Shown: positions 47,609-57,883, counted from the stretch's first letter. The stretch is DNA of 64,000 bases from Acidobacteriota bacterium (GCA_012719355.1 JAAYAM010000161.1:41048-105047); one strand, 5' to 3'. The notes: generated from the letters alone by a model not told the origin. Made by a program: numbers and translations.

Positions 47609-48319
47609 CCTGATCAACACCACGGTGATGTTGTCAGGACCGCCGCGTGCATTTGCGGCCTGGATGAGATATTCGCTCGCCTGCTGAACGTCGGGTTTCT
47701 CAGTCAGGATTCCCAGGATGTCGCGGTCGAAAAGGACATCGGTCAATCCATCCGAGCAGAGAAGAAAAACATCTCCGGAAAGCGCCTCGCCACTCTGGAT
47801 TTCAGGCTCAACATGCGGCTGCGTTCCGACCGAACGAGTGATCAGGTTCTTCTGCGGGTGATGCGATATGTCGTCCTTGGTCAAAACGCCGCTTTCATAC
47901 AGCGGCCAGACCAATGAATGATCACGCGTCAGCTGGATGAGCCTGTTGCTACGCAGCAGATATGCCCTCGAGTCTCCCACCTGGGCGATATGGTAGCCGG
48001 ATTCATTGAAAGCCAAAGCCGTGAGGGTGCTGCCCATGCCGCGGTATTCGGGACAGGCTCTCTGGGTCTCATACACCCTTGTATTGGCCATCTGCACCGC
48101 CCTCATGAGCAGATCGGGCATCGGAGTCTCGGGACCGGCGCCGCAGACGATCTCTTCCATTGCGGCGGCTGCAATTCGGCTGGCAACCTCGCCGGCGGCG
48201 TGACCGCCCATTCCATCGGCTACAAGGAAAAGTTTGGTTCCGGGATTGGCAACACACGAATCTTCATTCGAGGTTCTGATTTTCCCCTGATCGGTTCGGG
48301 CGGCACATTCCAGGCGCAA
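47591..48319 (-). CDS. PP2C-family Ser/Thr protein phosphatase
   Basis: RTDQGKIRTSNEDS and LFLVADGMGGHAAGEVAS motifs; likely TTG start. Confidence 0.85.
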   Translation of the reverse strand: MRLECAARTDQGKIRTSNEDSCVANPGTKLFLVADGMGGHAAGEVASRIAAAAMEEIVCGAGPETPMPDLLMRAVQMANTRVYETQRACPEYRGMGSTLTALAFNESGYHIAQVGDSRAYLLRSNRLIQLTRDHSLVWPLYESGVLTKDDISHHPQKNLITRSVGTQPHVEPEIQSGEALSGDVFLLCSDGLTDVLFDRDILGILTEKPDVQQASEYLIQAANARGGPDNITVVLIRVFSTP

Positions 48320-48520
48320 TGTGTAAACTCCGGTTTGGTGTGGGTCTCCTCAGCCGCAGGTTCGCTGTAACGACAGACCAATCATACACTTCAATTTAGA
48401 TCCAAACCAATACCTTTGAAAGGGAAGAAGGCTGATTTCCCGCACCCGGAAGTGGGCGGGCAACACGACGGTTATGGTATCATTGACGCGCTAATCAAAC
48501 CCGAGGACACGAGGACATAA

Positions 48521-50284
48521 ATGAAAGCCGACTTCCGACTCCGGATTACACTCGCAGTTTCTCTTGTTTTTTTCAGTGCATTCACCGGATATGCAGGCGT
48601 ATCGCGCGCGCTGCAGGAGGAATACAAGCGCAACTATGAAAACAAAGCTCTGTTTCTGAAGATCCCAATCTATGCCGCTAAGCAAATGGTTTATATCAGC
48701 GGGGATAAAATCCAGGTAGAACCCGGCTCGGGGACCCCCAGATACAAGGTTGGTGACCAGATGAGGATTCTCGTCATCGATTTCGGAAATGACGAGATCA
48801 AACTCCGGCTCAGCGGAATAGCGTCTCCCGGAACGGCCGAAATTGGGTTCAGATTCGATGCGGCGCTGGAGGAGAATTTTCCGAATCGCGACACGTTCGA
48901 CCGCGCCCTTCGCTCCACTTTCACCCAGGGAGTCAGTTACACGGATATAGAAGATGCAAAGCAGGGTTTCGTTAAAGACGAGTTCGACCGGTCCCTCGAC
49001 CAGATAGCCGCCTCGGCATCAACCAGCCGGGATTCAGTACTCAAGACCATTACACCCCATATCCCTGCTTACCAGGACGCGCAGCGCGAACTTGATAACC
49101 TGAGGAACCGTGTCCAGGATCTGACCTCTCAACTGACCCGGTCGCAGTCGGAAAACCGCAAACTCGAAACCGAATCGAAGCACCAGCAGTCGGAGATATC
49201 CCGCCTCAAGAGTGCAAACGCCGACCTGATGCAAAGGATCGAGAGTTCGGCATCGCAGGTCTCCAAACTTGGGCAGGAACTGAAAGAGGCAAAAGGGAGT
49301 GCACAAGGCTACCAGAAGGAACTCGCAACCATACAGCGGTCGTTGAACCTGAAGGTGGATACATCGCGTGATCTCTCGTCACAAATTGCGGATCTCGGAC
49401 AGGCAATGCGGAATATGCAGAAGGAGAACCAGGGGCTCGAGAAGCAGATAGCGTCACTGCGCACCGATCTCGATGCCCAGAAGACAACCAACGCGCGCCT
49501 GGTGAGCGAGAACGATGAACTGAAGGCCGGCAACAAGAAAATGCAGAGCATGATTTCTGTCCTCACTTCGAAAGAAGATTCGCTGCAGAAGCAGTACTTC
49601 AGCCTCAGGACCGAAAAGGAGAAACTCGACGAGTTTGCGCGGCAGATAAAGTCGCTGCGCACCGAGATTGTTGAGGACAAGTCGGAAGGGGGGATCAGAA
49701 CCGGAAAGACCAATCTCTATCTCGGAAACGTACCTCTCGGCTCACTGAGCTGGAGCATTCCGGACTCCATCCGCCGCAATGAAAGCAAGGTGGCGGAAGC
49801 GCGTTTCTCGTCCGAATCGATCGACCGGGTGAAGTTGACACCGGAGGAACGAGACATTCTACGCTCACTTGGTGAGGGGCTTAAGATACGGGTAAGTCTC
49901 GCCTCGGGATCAGACGCGGTGAACATCTCCCCGGGAGACGATGAACCTGCGAAGGAAATTGCAGAGCGGGAGAATGCCGGCTGGCGGTGGAGTTTTGCCA
50001 GCGACGGTTTGCAGGACGCCGGGCTTATATTGACGGCGGCGGTGATCAACAAGGACTCCAATGAAGTGCCGGTATTCCAGCTTGACCATGCAGTTGCGGC
50101 ATCGAATATCCCGCGGCTGATCAGGGGATACCTGCAACCGGTACCGTTGATAGCAGGTGTGCTGCTGGGCCTTGTCCTGTTCGCCATTGCCGGGCTGTTC
50201 AGGCGACCGAAAGCGAAGAGTCCGCGGGGAAGACCTCCGGTGGGCGCACCACCGTCCTCCTACACAGGAACCAAGCAGCTGTAG
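48521..50284 (+). CDS. secreted coiled-coil protein with C-terminal membrane anchor
   Basis: Signal peptide, long Q/E/K/L-rich heptad region, C-terminal TM plus basic tail; GAGGA RBS. Confidence 0.6.
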   Translation: MKADFRLRITLAVSLVFFSAFTGYAGVSRALQEEYKRNYENKALFLKIPIYAAKQMVYISGDKIQVEPGSGTPRYKVGDQMRILVIDFGNDEIKLRLSGIASPGTAEIGFRFDAALEENFPNRDTFDRALRSTFTQGVSYTDIEDAKQGFVKDEFDRSLDQIAASASTSRDSVLKTITPHIPAYQDAQRELDNLRNRVQDLTSQLTRSQSENRKLETESKHQQSEISRLKSANADLMQRIESSASQVSKLGQELKEAKGSAQGYQKELATIQRSLNLKVDTSRDLSSQIADLGQAMRNMQKENQGLEKQIASLRTDLDAQKTTNARLVSENDELKAGNKKMQSMISVLTSKEDSLQKQYFSLRTEKEKLDEFARQIKSLRTEIVEDKSEGGIRTGKTNLYLGNVPLGSLSWSIPDSIRRNESKVAEARFSSESIDRVKLTPEERDILRSLGEGLKIRVSLASGSDAVNISPGDDEPAKEIAERENAGWRWSFASDGLQDAGLILTAAVINKDSNEVPVFQLDHAVAASNIPRLIRGYLQPVPLIAGVLLGLVLFAIAGLFRRPKAKSPRGRPPVGAPPSSYTGTKQL

Positions 50285-50286
50285 GG

Positions 50287-52080
50287 TTAATCGATATTGG
50301 CCACGGGAATCCGTCTGGCCGACGAGTTCCACGCCCGGATACGGGTCGCGTCGTCTGGATTAGAAAACTGGAAGTTGTATTTCTTGTTGCTGCGCGTCCT
50401 GACAACAAGCTCATTTTTGTCGAACATGAAGCCGCGCAGTTGTGAGAATTCCTCGTAGAAGCTGTGATCGGTCTCGGTCGTTCTGAACTCGAGCCCCTCT
50501 TCCGTGAACAGCAGCATCCCCCGGCAGCTGGAAAACGTATGTTTGTGGATGACATGAAAAGGGGTCTTGAGTACTGAACCGACCCGTGCGCGGTCACGCA
50601 GATCCTGAATCATCGACTGAATACGCTCGGGAGTGTATCGATCTGCTCCACCCAGTTCTCTTGCCTTCCGCAGGTGTTCCTCCGCCTGTTTGAAGTCGTT
50701 CCGGTGGTAGTCATAAAGAAGTCCCAGGTTCAGGTGGGCGAGAACGTTACCGGGGTTGAGCGAGAGGCATTTTTCAAAATTCAGTATTGCGGTATCGAGC
50801 TGCTTCTGATCCTGGTGGCTCGCCCCGATATAGAAGAATGCTTCATCGCTGTTCGGCTCGTACTTCAGGTATTCCTGCCACTCTGAAATCGACTTCTGGT
50901 AGGCTCCCGAGCGAAAGGCGTTCAGGGCCGACTGGCGCAGCTGTGCAACCTTTCTGCGAGACTCCTGTTCCTGGTCGCTGCGCTGGATGCGCTGCTGCTC
51001 CAGTTCCGCCACCTCGGCGAGTCTCGCCTCAACCATGGCAAGACGGGTCCTGCTGTAGTTGTCTTCGGGAAAGTACTGCAGCATCGTCCTGAAATCGTTT
51101 CGTGCCCCCTCCCAGTCGGAATTGGCGATCCGGGTGTCCCCACGATTCTGAAGCAGTTCCTTGAGACGGGCGATGCCCTCACGCACGTAGCTGTTGTTCT
51201 TGTCCAGCCGCTGGATGCTCCGGATTGCGTCGAACGCATTGTCTTTATCGGGCGGCACCAGACTCCCGATCTTCATTGCGGCGTCAGCCTTGGCTTTCCA
51301 GTCCTGTATTTGTTTTTCGCGGTCTTTGATGCTGGCGTCGATTTTGGCTGAGACATCTGCCAGCCGCTCCCCGATCGAGACGTCGTCGGGAAACAGGAGA
51401 GACAGGTTCTTGTACTGCTTCTCCGATTCCAGCCAGTCCTCGCGGGCATAAGCAAGTTCTGCCAGTCTGCGCACTGTTTCGCCGACCTTGACTTTCACTT
51501 CGGTGGCATAGCTGTTGGCGGGATCGACAGCCAGGATCTTGTCCGCGAAGTAGAGCACATTATAATCATCGGGAGGCGGCAGGAGTATGTTCTCTCTCAG
51601 AGCACCGTCGAGTTTCTTACGCCAGGCTTCGACTTCGGCAAGCTGTTCATTCGTCAGCTGTGGGACGAGCGGCTCCATTTTCCAGTGCAGATTGTCACTG
51701 GCGTATGGCATCACCGTCACCTGCTGGATCAGTTCCTTGTAGCCGTCCTTCGTCCCCCGGAGTTCGTGCTGCCCGCTGCGCAGATCGGAGATCGTCAACG
51801 GCGTCGCGCCACGCAACTTGCCATCTATCGAGACAAAGGCTCCCGGAGGAGTGGTCTTGATCGTGAGTGCTCCGTGTTTCGGTTTCCAGTACTGATACAG
51901 GAAAGCTCCCGCAAACCCGAGGATCGAGCAGAGAAGCAGGACCACGATCCCGATCATGAGCGTTTTGACGCTGATCTGGACGGGACGACCTACACCCCGC
52001 GCACCCAGTGGAGTTCCATCGGAGGGACAGTACTGGTAAGTTTCGGGATAGCTGTTACCGCATTGTGGACAGTTGCTCAT
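50287..52080 (-). CDS. membrane protein with N-terminal zinc ribbon, PEGA domain and TPR repeats
   Basis: CPQCG..YCPSDG zinc ribbon, one TM, PEGA-like segment (TIKTTPPGAFVSIDGKLRGATPLTISDL), multiple TPRs. Confidence 0.65.
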   Translation of the reverse strand: MSNCPQCGNSYPETYQYCPSDGTPLGARGVGRPVQISVKTLMIGIVVLLLCSILGFAGAFLYQYWKPKHGALTIKTTPPGAFVSIDGKLRGATPLTISDLRSGQHELRGTKDGYKELIQQVTVMPYASDNLHWKMEPLVPQLTNEQLAEVEAWRKKLDGALRENILLPPPDDYNVLYFADKILAVDPANSYATEVKVKVGETVRRLAELAYAREDWLESEKQYKNLSLLFPDDVSIGERLADVSAKIDASIKDREKQIQDWKAKADAAMKIGSLVPPDKDNAFDAIRSIQRLDKNNSYVREGIARLKELLQNRGDTRIANSDWEGARNDFRTMLQYFPEDNYSRTRLAMVEARLAEVAELEQQRIQRSDQEQESRRKVAQLRQSALNAFRSGAYQKSISEWQEYLKYEPNSDEAFFYIGASHQDQKQLDTAILNFEKCLSLNPGNVLAHLNLGLLYDYHRNDFKQAEEHLRKARELGGADRYTPERIQSMIQDLRDRARVGSVLKTPFHVIHKHTFSSCRGMLLFTEEGLEFRTTETDHSFYEEFSQLRGFMFDKNELVVRTRSNKKYNFQFSNPDDATRIRAWNSSARRIPVANID

Positions 52081-52173
52081 CGGACTAGCACGATATCACA
52101 GAGTGTGTGGATCAACAATGTTCCGGACGGAAGACCGCCTGGAACCGAGGTTTTCCGTCCGGAAGAGTTTTTC

Positions 52174-53550
52174 CTATGGAATGCTGAATTTCGAACGTGG
52201 GAGGAATTCTCCCCCGCCGGGACGTCCGATCACTTTGTTTTCACGCGCGATGATCTTGCCGCGCTGCAGTACGAGCCAGGTGGCTCCGCGCACCCTCATC
52301 CCCTCGTACGGAGTGTAATCCGAGCGTGATAACCCATTTGCCCTGGACATTGCGTTTTCCGCCCGGGGATCGAAGATCACCATGTCGGCATCGCTCCCCA
52401 CAGCGAGGGTGCCTTTGCGCGGAAAGAGTCCGAAAATTCTGGCGGGAGTGGTGCAGGCGATATCGACAAGGCGGTTCGGCGAAATCTTGCCGGTATGAAC
52501 CCCCGCCGAATACATCACGGCCAGCCGCTCCTGTATCCCCGGAAACCCTCGAGGAGCGAGGGTGAAATTCTCTTTTCCCAGGTTCTTCTGTCCCGCGTAG
52601 TTGAAGGCCCGATGATCACTGGATACGATGTGGATATCGCCGCTCACGATCGCTTTCCACAATACGTCGCTGTGCCACGAAGGACGCAGAGGCGGTGTGC
52701 AGTAATATTTCACTCCTTCCGAGTCCTCGTAGCGGTCACACGACAGCGTCAGATAGTGTGGACAAGTCTCGGCGATCACTGCCTGGCCGCGATCCCTGGC
52801 TGCTTTCACCTTTTCCGTTGCATGAGCGGATGAGAGGCTCGTCAGGCAGATCGGCGCCTTTGCCATATCCGCGACGCTTATGGCTCTAGCGGTTGCCTGG
52901 GCCTCCACTTCCGGAGGACGGGCATGCGGTATGAACCTCGGGAGAGTCTTCCCTTCGGTTACGAGCCGCCTCACGTACAGGTCGATGATATCTCCGTTTT
53001 CTGCGTGCAGGCAGGTGAGGGCGCCGGCCGCGCTTGCACACTGCAGAAACTCGAGCAGTTGCCCGTCATTGATGTAACATGGCCCATTCCCATCGAGTCT
53101 GAGGTGGAAACTGGTCACGCCCGCATCCACTATCGACGGTATTTCGCCCAGTATCTCCGAATTGACCTGGCACACAGCCATATGGAAACCATAATCTACG
53201 ATGGCCCTCGAAGCTGCCTTGTTCTTCCAGTCTTCCAGCGTCTGACTCAGCGTGCCACCCGGAACCTGCTCAGCATAATCCACTACGGTCGTTGTACCGC
53301 CCGCCGCTGCGGCCGCAGTCCCGGTCTCAAAATCATCTACCGTGGTCATCCCATCACACTGTGCATCCATATGGGTATGCACATCGACTGCGCCCGGCAG
53401 AACCCATTTGTCCGCCGCATCGATGATCTCGCTGGCGATCTTTGATATTTCTCTTCCGATTTCTGAAATGATCCCATTCTTCACCAGGAGATCCGCTTTG
53501 TATGTGTCAGTCGCGGTAATGATGGTCCCGTTTTTTATTAAAGTCGTCAT
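52174..53550 (-). CDS. dihydropyrimidinase / D-hydantoinase
   Basis: Cyclic amidohydrolase metal-binding motifs (DVHTHMD, carboxylated Lys region, SSDH). Confidence 0.85.
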   Translation of the reverse strand: MTTLIKNGTIITATDTYKADLLVKNGIISEIGREISKIASEIIDAADKWVLPGAVDVHTHMDAQCDGMTTVDDFETGTAAAAAGGTTTVVDYAEQVPGGTLSQTLEDWKNKAASRAIVDYGFHMAVCQVNSEILGEIPSIVDAGVTSFHLRLDGNGPCYINDGQLLEFLQCASAAGALTCLHAENGDIIDLYVRRLVTEGKTLPRFIPHARPPEVEAQATARAISVADMAKAPICLTSLSSAHATEKVKAARDRGQAVIAETCPHYLTLSCDRYEDSEGVKYYCTPPLRPSWHSDVLWKAIVSGDIHIVSSDHRAFNYAGQKNLGKENFTLAPRGFPGIQERLAVMYSAGVHTGKISPNRLVDIACTTPARIFGLFPRKGTLAVGSDADMVIFDPRAENAMSRANGLSRSDYTPYEGMRVRGATWLVLQRGKIIARENKVIGRPGGGEFLPRSKFSIP

Positions 53551-53932
53551 ATGTTCTCCAGCATGTGCTTCAGAGAAAGTTTTTACGTTAACCGGCATCA
53601 ATCACGTTGTCAGGGTGAACTCCGGCGGCAAGTCTCTGCGCCCAAGCCTGGATGTGCGGCTCGCTTGACACTTCCCTTCTTTCCTTCGGTCTTCCCGAGG
53701 TAAGGCTGCGATCGATCCGGTGTAACTGAAGGGAGGGGTTTCTGGAAATATCGCCGCGGCTCAGTAACCGCCAACACCCCTTGCCCGGGATCAACGAACA
53801 TCCCTGATTATATCAGAATGTAGGAGTTAAGCCTTCGGTTCAGATGAAAACTGCCGATATTTTCAGCGGCCCCCGGGAGAGGATTTTCTCCCCGCCGGCT
53901 CGCCCGGCACACTCTGTTATACTTCCCTCAGT

Positions 53933-54310
53933 ATGAAGTACACCCGCCAAGAGATGCGCCGCATATTGCTCCTGCTCAGAGCGGAGATGCTTGCCTATCT
54001 GCAGGTGAGTGCGGACGAGACGCGATTCTGCCAGCGCTGCCTTCTGCCCCTGCCTGAAGGGGAATACGAAAACTATGATTTCTGCCCGTGGTGCTGCCAC
54101 TCTCTCGGCGGCTGCGAACCGCGTTACGACGAATCCAGGAGGATCATCGAAAGGGATGAACTCGAGAGGCGCGTCGAGATTCAGTGCGGCGAATGCGGCT
54201 GTGAATATGATCAGCCCGCCCGGTATCCTTATAGATTCTGCGCCGTTTGCGGCGCTCCGTTCGCACAGGAAGACGAGATAATCATCGAACTCCCCTGGCT
54301 TGTCTGGTGA
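53933..54310 (+). CDS. Cys-rich small protein (putative double zinc ribbon)
   Basis: 125 aa with CQRC..CPWCC and CGECGC..CAVCG pairs; preceded by about 380 nt of non-coding sequence. Confidence 0.45.
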   Translation: MKYTRQEMRRILLLLRAEMLAYLQVSADETRFCQRCLLPLPEGEYENYDFCPWCCHSLGGCEPRYDESRRIIERDELERRVEIQCGECGCEYDQPARYPYRFCAVCGAPFAQEDEIIIELPWLVW

Positions 54311-54460
54311 TTCTTTCTGTCGGGAACCCTTTTCAGGGTTCCCGACAGTGTGGGTTGTGGGTCGACTTCTTGTGAAGAGTGGTTTAGCACATATCAAAAA
54401 GCATGTTGGCTGAATTTTACCCGTAACGGGGAAAGCTTCAGTGGCTTGCGTCACAAAACG

Positions 54461-55750
54461 TCACAATACCCTGGCAAAGATGGCGTCAATGTGGCGCAGC
54501 TGAAGTTCGGGATTGACGACAGACCGGATCTCTTCATCCGAAAGGACTTTTGTTATATCGGGATCCTCCAGCAATGTCAGGACGAAATCCTTGTCCTCGT
54601 CCCACACCTTCATCGCACAACGCTGGATCCACCTGTACGCTTCTTCCCTGAGCACCCCTTTACGCGTCAGGTCAAGGAGCAGCTGGCCCGAATAGGCGAG
54701 TCCCCTCGTCAGCGCTATGTTCTTCAACATGCGTTCGGGATGGACAACGAGACCTGAAATGATTCTGGTCATCGCGCGGAGCATGTAGCAGAGGACGGAG
54801 GTCGCATCGGGCAGAATCACACGCTCAGCCGAAGAGTGGGAGATATCGCGCTCGTGCCACAGTGCCACATTCTCCATCGCGGTAACTGCGTACCCGCGCA
54901 GCAGGCGCGACAGCCCGGAAATCTGCTCGCATTTGACCGGATTGCGCTTGTGCGGCATGGCGGACGATCCTTTCTGGCCGGTGGCAAACGGCTCCTCCGC
55001 CTCTCTCACCTCGGTCCGCTGAAGATGGCGTATCTCGGTCGCATACTTGTCCAGCGAGCTGCCGATAATTGCTATCGTCGACAGGTATTCCGCATGCCGG
55101 TCCCGCTGGAGGGTCTGGGTCGAGACCGGAGCAGCTTTCAGACCCAGCCGCCTGCAGACCTCAGCCTCCACGTCGGGGGCGAGGTGAGCGAAAGTCCCGA
55201 CAGCACCCGACAGTTTCCCAACCGAAACTGTTTCCGACGCTCTCACCATCCGCTCCCGATTGCGGCGCATCTCGTCATACCAGACCGCGAGCTTCAGCCC
55301 GAACGTGGTGACTTCAGCATGCACTCCGTGTGTGCGACCCATCATTAAGGTCATGCGGTGCTCCTGCGCCCGCTCCCTTAGAACGCGTCGCAGTTCGTCA
55401 ATGGCGGCAATGATCTTTTCGCTTGCCTGCTTCAGCTGCAATCCTCTGGCAGTGTCGATCACATCGGTGGACGTGAGTCCCCAGTGAATGTAGCGAGAGT
55501 CGGGGCCGAGGAATTCCGCCACGCTCGTAGTGAACGCGATGAGGTCGTGGTGAGTCACCTTTTCGATTTCCTTTATCCGTTCCACTGAAAAGGCGGCCTT
55601 CGCTTCGATGTTTTCCATCGATTCCTTCGGGATCCAGCCTCTTTCCGTCAGGACACGGCAGGTTTCCAGCTCGACCTGGAGCCAGGTGCGGAACATGTTC
55701 TCTTCGGACCAGATTGCGGCAAAATCTTCAGGCGTGTAGCGGTCGATCAT
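54461..55750 (-). CDS. purB: adenylosuccinate lyase
   Basis: Fumarate lyase family signature and full-length PurB similarity. Confidence 0.9.
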   Translation of the reverse strand: MIDRYTPEDFAAIWSEENMFRTWLQVELETCRVLTERGWIPKESMENIEAKAAFSVERIKEIEKVTHHDLIAFTTSVAEFLGPDSRYIHWGLTSTDVIDTARGLQLKQASEKIIAAIDELRRVLRERAQEHRMTLMMGRTHGVHAEVTTFGLKLAVWYDEMRRNRERMVRASETVSVGKLSGAVGTFAHLAPDVEAEVCRRLGLKAAPVSTQTLQRDRHAEYLSTIAIIGSSLDKYATEIRHLQRTEVREAEEPFATGQKGSSAMPHKRNPVKCEQISGLSRLLRGYAVTAMENVALWHERDISHSSAERVILPDATSVLCYMLRAMTRIISGLVVHPERMLKNIALTRGLAYSGQLLLDLTRKGVLREEAYRWIQRCAMKVWDEDKDFVLTLLEDPDITKVLSDEEIRSVVNPELQLRHIDAIFARVL

Positions 55751-55829
55751 ATTCGTTCCTCTTCAGCAGATCAGGACAGAAAAAGAATACCAGCTGACAC
55801 CGTTCGAGAAACAGGACGGAGCCTGTTGC

Positions 55830-56618
55830 TCAATAGCGATACGTTTTGCTGATCTGATCGGGGCCGGCCAGTTCCAGTCTGGTGTGCAGGCCGGCCGAAT
55901 CCTGGCGCGAATCCAGCCCTCTTTGGGCGCAAAGCAGAGCCAGTTCGGGAAGGTTGTTGTTCTTGCTGAGATGGGCAAGGACGACGTGCCGTGCCTTTCC
56001 ATCGAAATCGTTTGCAAGAAAGCTCGCCACCGAATCGTTGGAAAGATGGCCGCGCCGGCTCATCACTCGCTGTTTGAGCGCCCATGGATAGGGGCCGACC
56101 TTCAGCATCCGGACATCGTGATTTGATTCCAGCACCAGGGCATCACATCCTTTCAGGCGTTCGAGCACAAGATTGGAAAGAAATCCGAGGTCGAGCGCAA
56201 TCCCTATCTTCACTCCATCTTTTTCGATCACGAATCCCAGCGGATCGCTCGCATCGTGGGGGACCGAAAAACCGGTAATTGTGATGCCGTTGACCTCAAA
56301 CGGTTCTCCGGCGCTGATTTTGCAGAGGTTATTTCTGGGATCGAGTTTTATGTTCGAAGCGGCGAACGCGCCTTCAGTCATGAAGACGGGTATGTCCAGG
56401 TTCTTCACCAGGGGACCGACTCCGCGGCAGTGGTCTCCGTGTTCATGGGAAATCACAATTGCCGAAAGCTGGCCCGGTTCGACCCCGCACTCTCGCAGCC
56501 TTCTTGCGGTCTCACGGCCGCTCAGCCCGGCATCAACAAGGATATTGCTGGCCCCGTCGCTCACCAGCGAGGTGTTCCCGGAACTGCCGCTCCCCAGCAA
56601 TGTGAAGCTCAGCCCCAT
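55830..56618 (-). CDS. MBL-fold metallo-hydrolase
   Basis: HxHxDH motif (ISHEHGDHCRG); ATG 2 nt after the M16 peptidase stop; the longer upstream ORF overlaps the peptidase and is rejected. Confidence 0.8.
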   Translation of the reverse strand: MGLSFTLLGSGSSGNTSLVSDGASNILVDAGLSGRETARRLRECGVEPGQLSAIVISHEHGDHCRGVGPLVKNLDIPVFMTEGAFAASNIKLDPRNNLCKISAGEPFEVNGITITGFSVPHDASDPLGFVIEKDGVKIGIALDLGFLSNLVLERLKGCDALVLESNHDVRMLKVGPYPWALKQRVMSRRGHLSNDSVASFLANDFDGKARHVVLAHLSKNNNLPELALLCAQRGLDSRQDSAGLHTRLELAGPDQISKTYRY

Positions 56619-56620
56619 GG

Positions 56621-57883
56621 TCACAGTTCCAGTGCAGCTGTTCGCAGCCCGCTGCCGTTCCGCCCTGTCAGGGCCGTCATTGAGAGCGAAGATGCCTCGA
56701 GCATCCTGCTTGCCAGATCCCTGATCTGTCGCGCCGTCACCCGTTCGACCGCGTCGAGGATCTCTTCCAGTCTGTAGAATCTGCCGAAGTAAATCAGCTG
56801 ATGCGCGAGGTGGGTCATCCTGCTGCTTGAGCTCTCCAGCCCGAGCATAAAGGAGCCTTTTATGTTCTCTTTGGCGCGCTTCAGCTCCTGTGAAGGGACA
56901 AGCGTCTCCCGGAGTTTTCGAAGTTCTTTTTTCGTAAGCTCGACCACCTGCAGCGCGTTTCCCGGGGCGCTCCCCGCATAGACGACCATGGAACCGGCGT
57001 CGCGATAGAGGTTCAGCATAGAGTAGATCGTGTAAACAAGCCCGCGCTTTTCGCGTATGTTCTGAAACAACCTGGAACTCACTCCTCCCCCCAGGATGTT
57101 GCAGAGGAGGTGCGCAGCATACCGCTCTTCGGACACCGCGGTGGGCGAAACAGTGCCCATGCATATATGGGCCTGTTCAAGGTGAGCTTTATGGCGGATC
57201 TGCCGTCCTGAACTGATTTCGGGCGGCTGCCCGAGGTCGGCCGCGACACCGGGGTTGAGATTGGAGAAATATCGCTCGGCCAGCTCGAAGACCTCACGGT
57301 GTTTGATATTTCCCGCAACCGAAACCACCATGTTTTGCGCGTTGTAGTTCTGCCTGAAAAACCTCTTCACATCGCGGCGCGTGATCCGGCTTACAGATTC
57401 CTTTGTCCCCGAAATCGGCCTGCCAAGCGGATGGTTCTTCCAGAAATTCTCGAGATACAGGTCAAGAATCAACTCCTGAGGAGAATCCTCGACCATGTTG
57501 ATCTCTTCGAAAATCACATTTCTCTCACGCTCGATTTCCGCAGAAGGGAAAACCGGATTCAGCACTATGTCGGAAACAAGATCGAAGGCAAAAGGGAGCT
57601 GCTCATCAAGAACCTTCGCATAAAACCCGACGTACTCCTTCTCGGTGAAAGCGTTCAGCTGGCCTCCCACGGAATCGATCGACTGCGCGATTTTCGCGGC
57701 GGAACGGGTTCTGGTGCCCTTGAAAAGAAGGTGTTCGATAAAGTGGGAAATGCCGGTCTCGACAGCCTGTTCAACACGTGAACCGCACTTCACCCACACG
57801 CCGAGCGACGCCGAGCGCAGATGCGGCATTACCTCGGAAGCGATCGTGAGGCCGTTTTTCATCTGTCTCTTCTGAACATCCAT
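56621..57883 (-). CDS. M16 family zinc peptidase (insulinase-like)
   Basis: HxxEH zinc-binding motif (HFIEHLLFKGT). Confidence 0.85.
   Translation of the reverse strand: MDVQKRQMKNGLTIASEVMPHLRSASLGVWVKCGSRVEQAVETGISHFIEHLLFKGTRTRSAAKIAQSIDSVGGQLNAFTEKEYVGFYAKVLDEQLPFAFDLVSDIVLNPVFPSAEIERERNVIFEEINMVEDSPQELILDLYLENFWKNHPLGRPISGTKESVSRITRRDVKRFFRQNYNAQNMVVSVAGNIKHREVFELAERYFSNLNPGVAADLGQPPEISSGRQIRHKAHLEQAHICMGTVSPTAVSEERYAAHLLCNILGGGVSSRLFQNIREKRGLVYTIYSMLNLYRDAGSMVVYAGSAPGNALQVVELTKKELRKLRETLVPSQELKRAKENIKGSFMLGLESSSSRMTHLAHQLIYFGRFYRLEEILDAVERVTARQIRDLASRMLEASSLSMTALTGRNGSGLRTAALEL

Noticed and set aside
53551-53932. Possible ZTP or other riboswitch near purine genes
   Set aside because: I could not find the conserved pfl/ZTP core (GGGTCG..GACTGGCG / CCGCCTGGGCA-like) or any other riboswitch consensus by eye. 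It is flagged only as a long non-coding gap.
55830-57164. 444-aa extended ORF for the MBL hydrolase
   Set aside because: The N-terminal 180 codons overlap the M16 peptidase gene. A clean ATG 2 nt after the peptidase stop gives a typical roughly 262-aa MBL protein.
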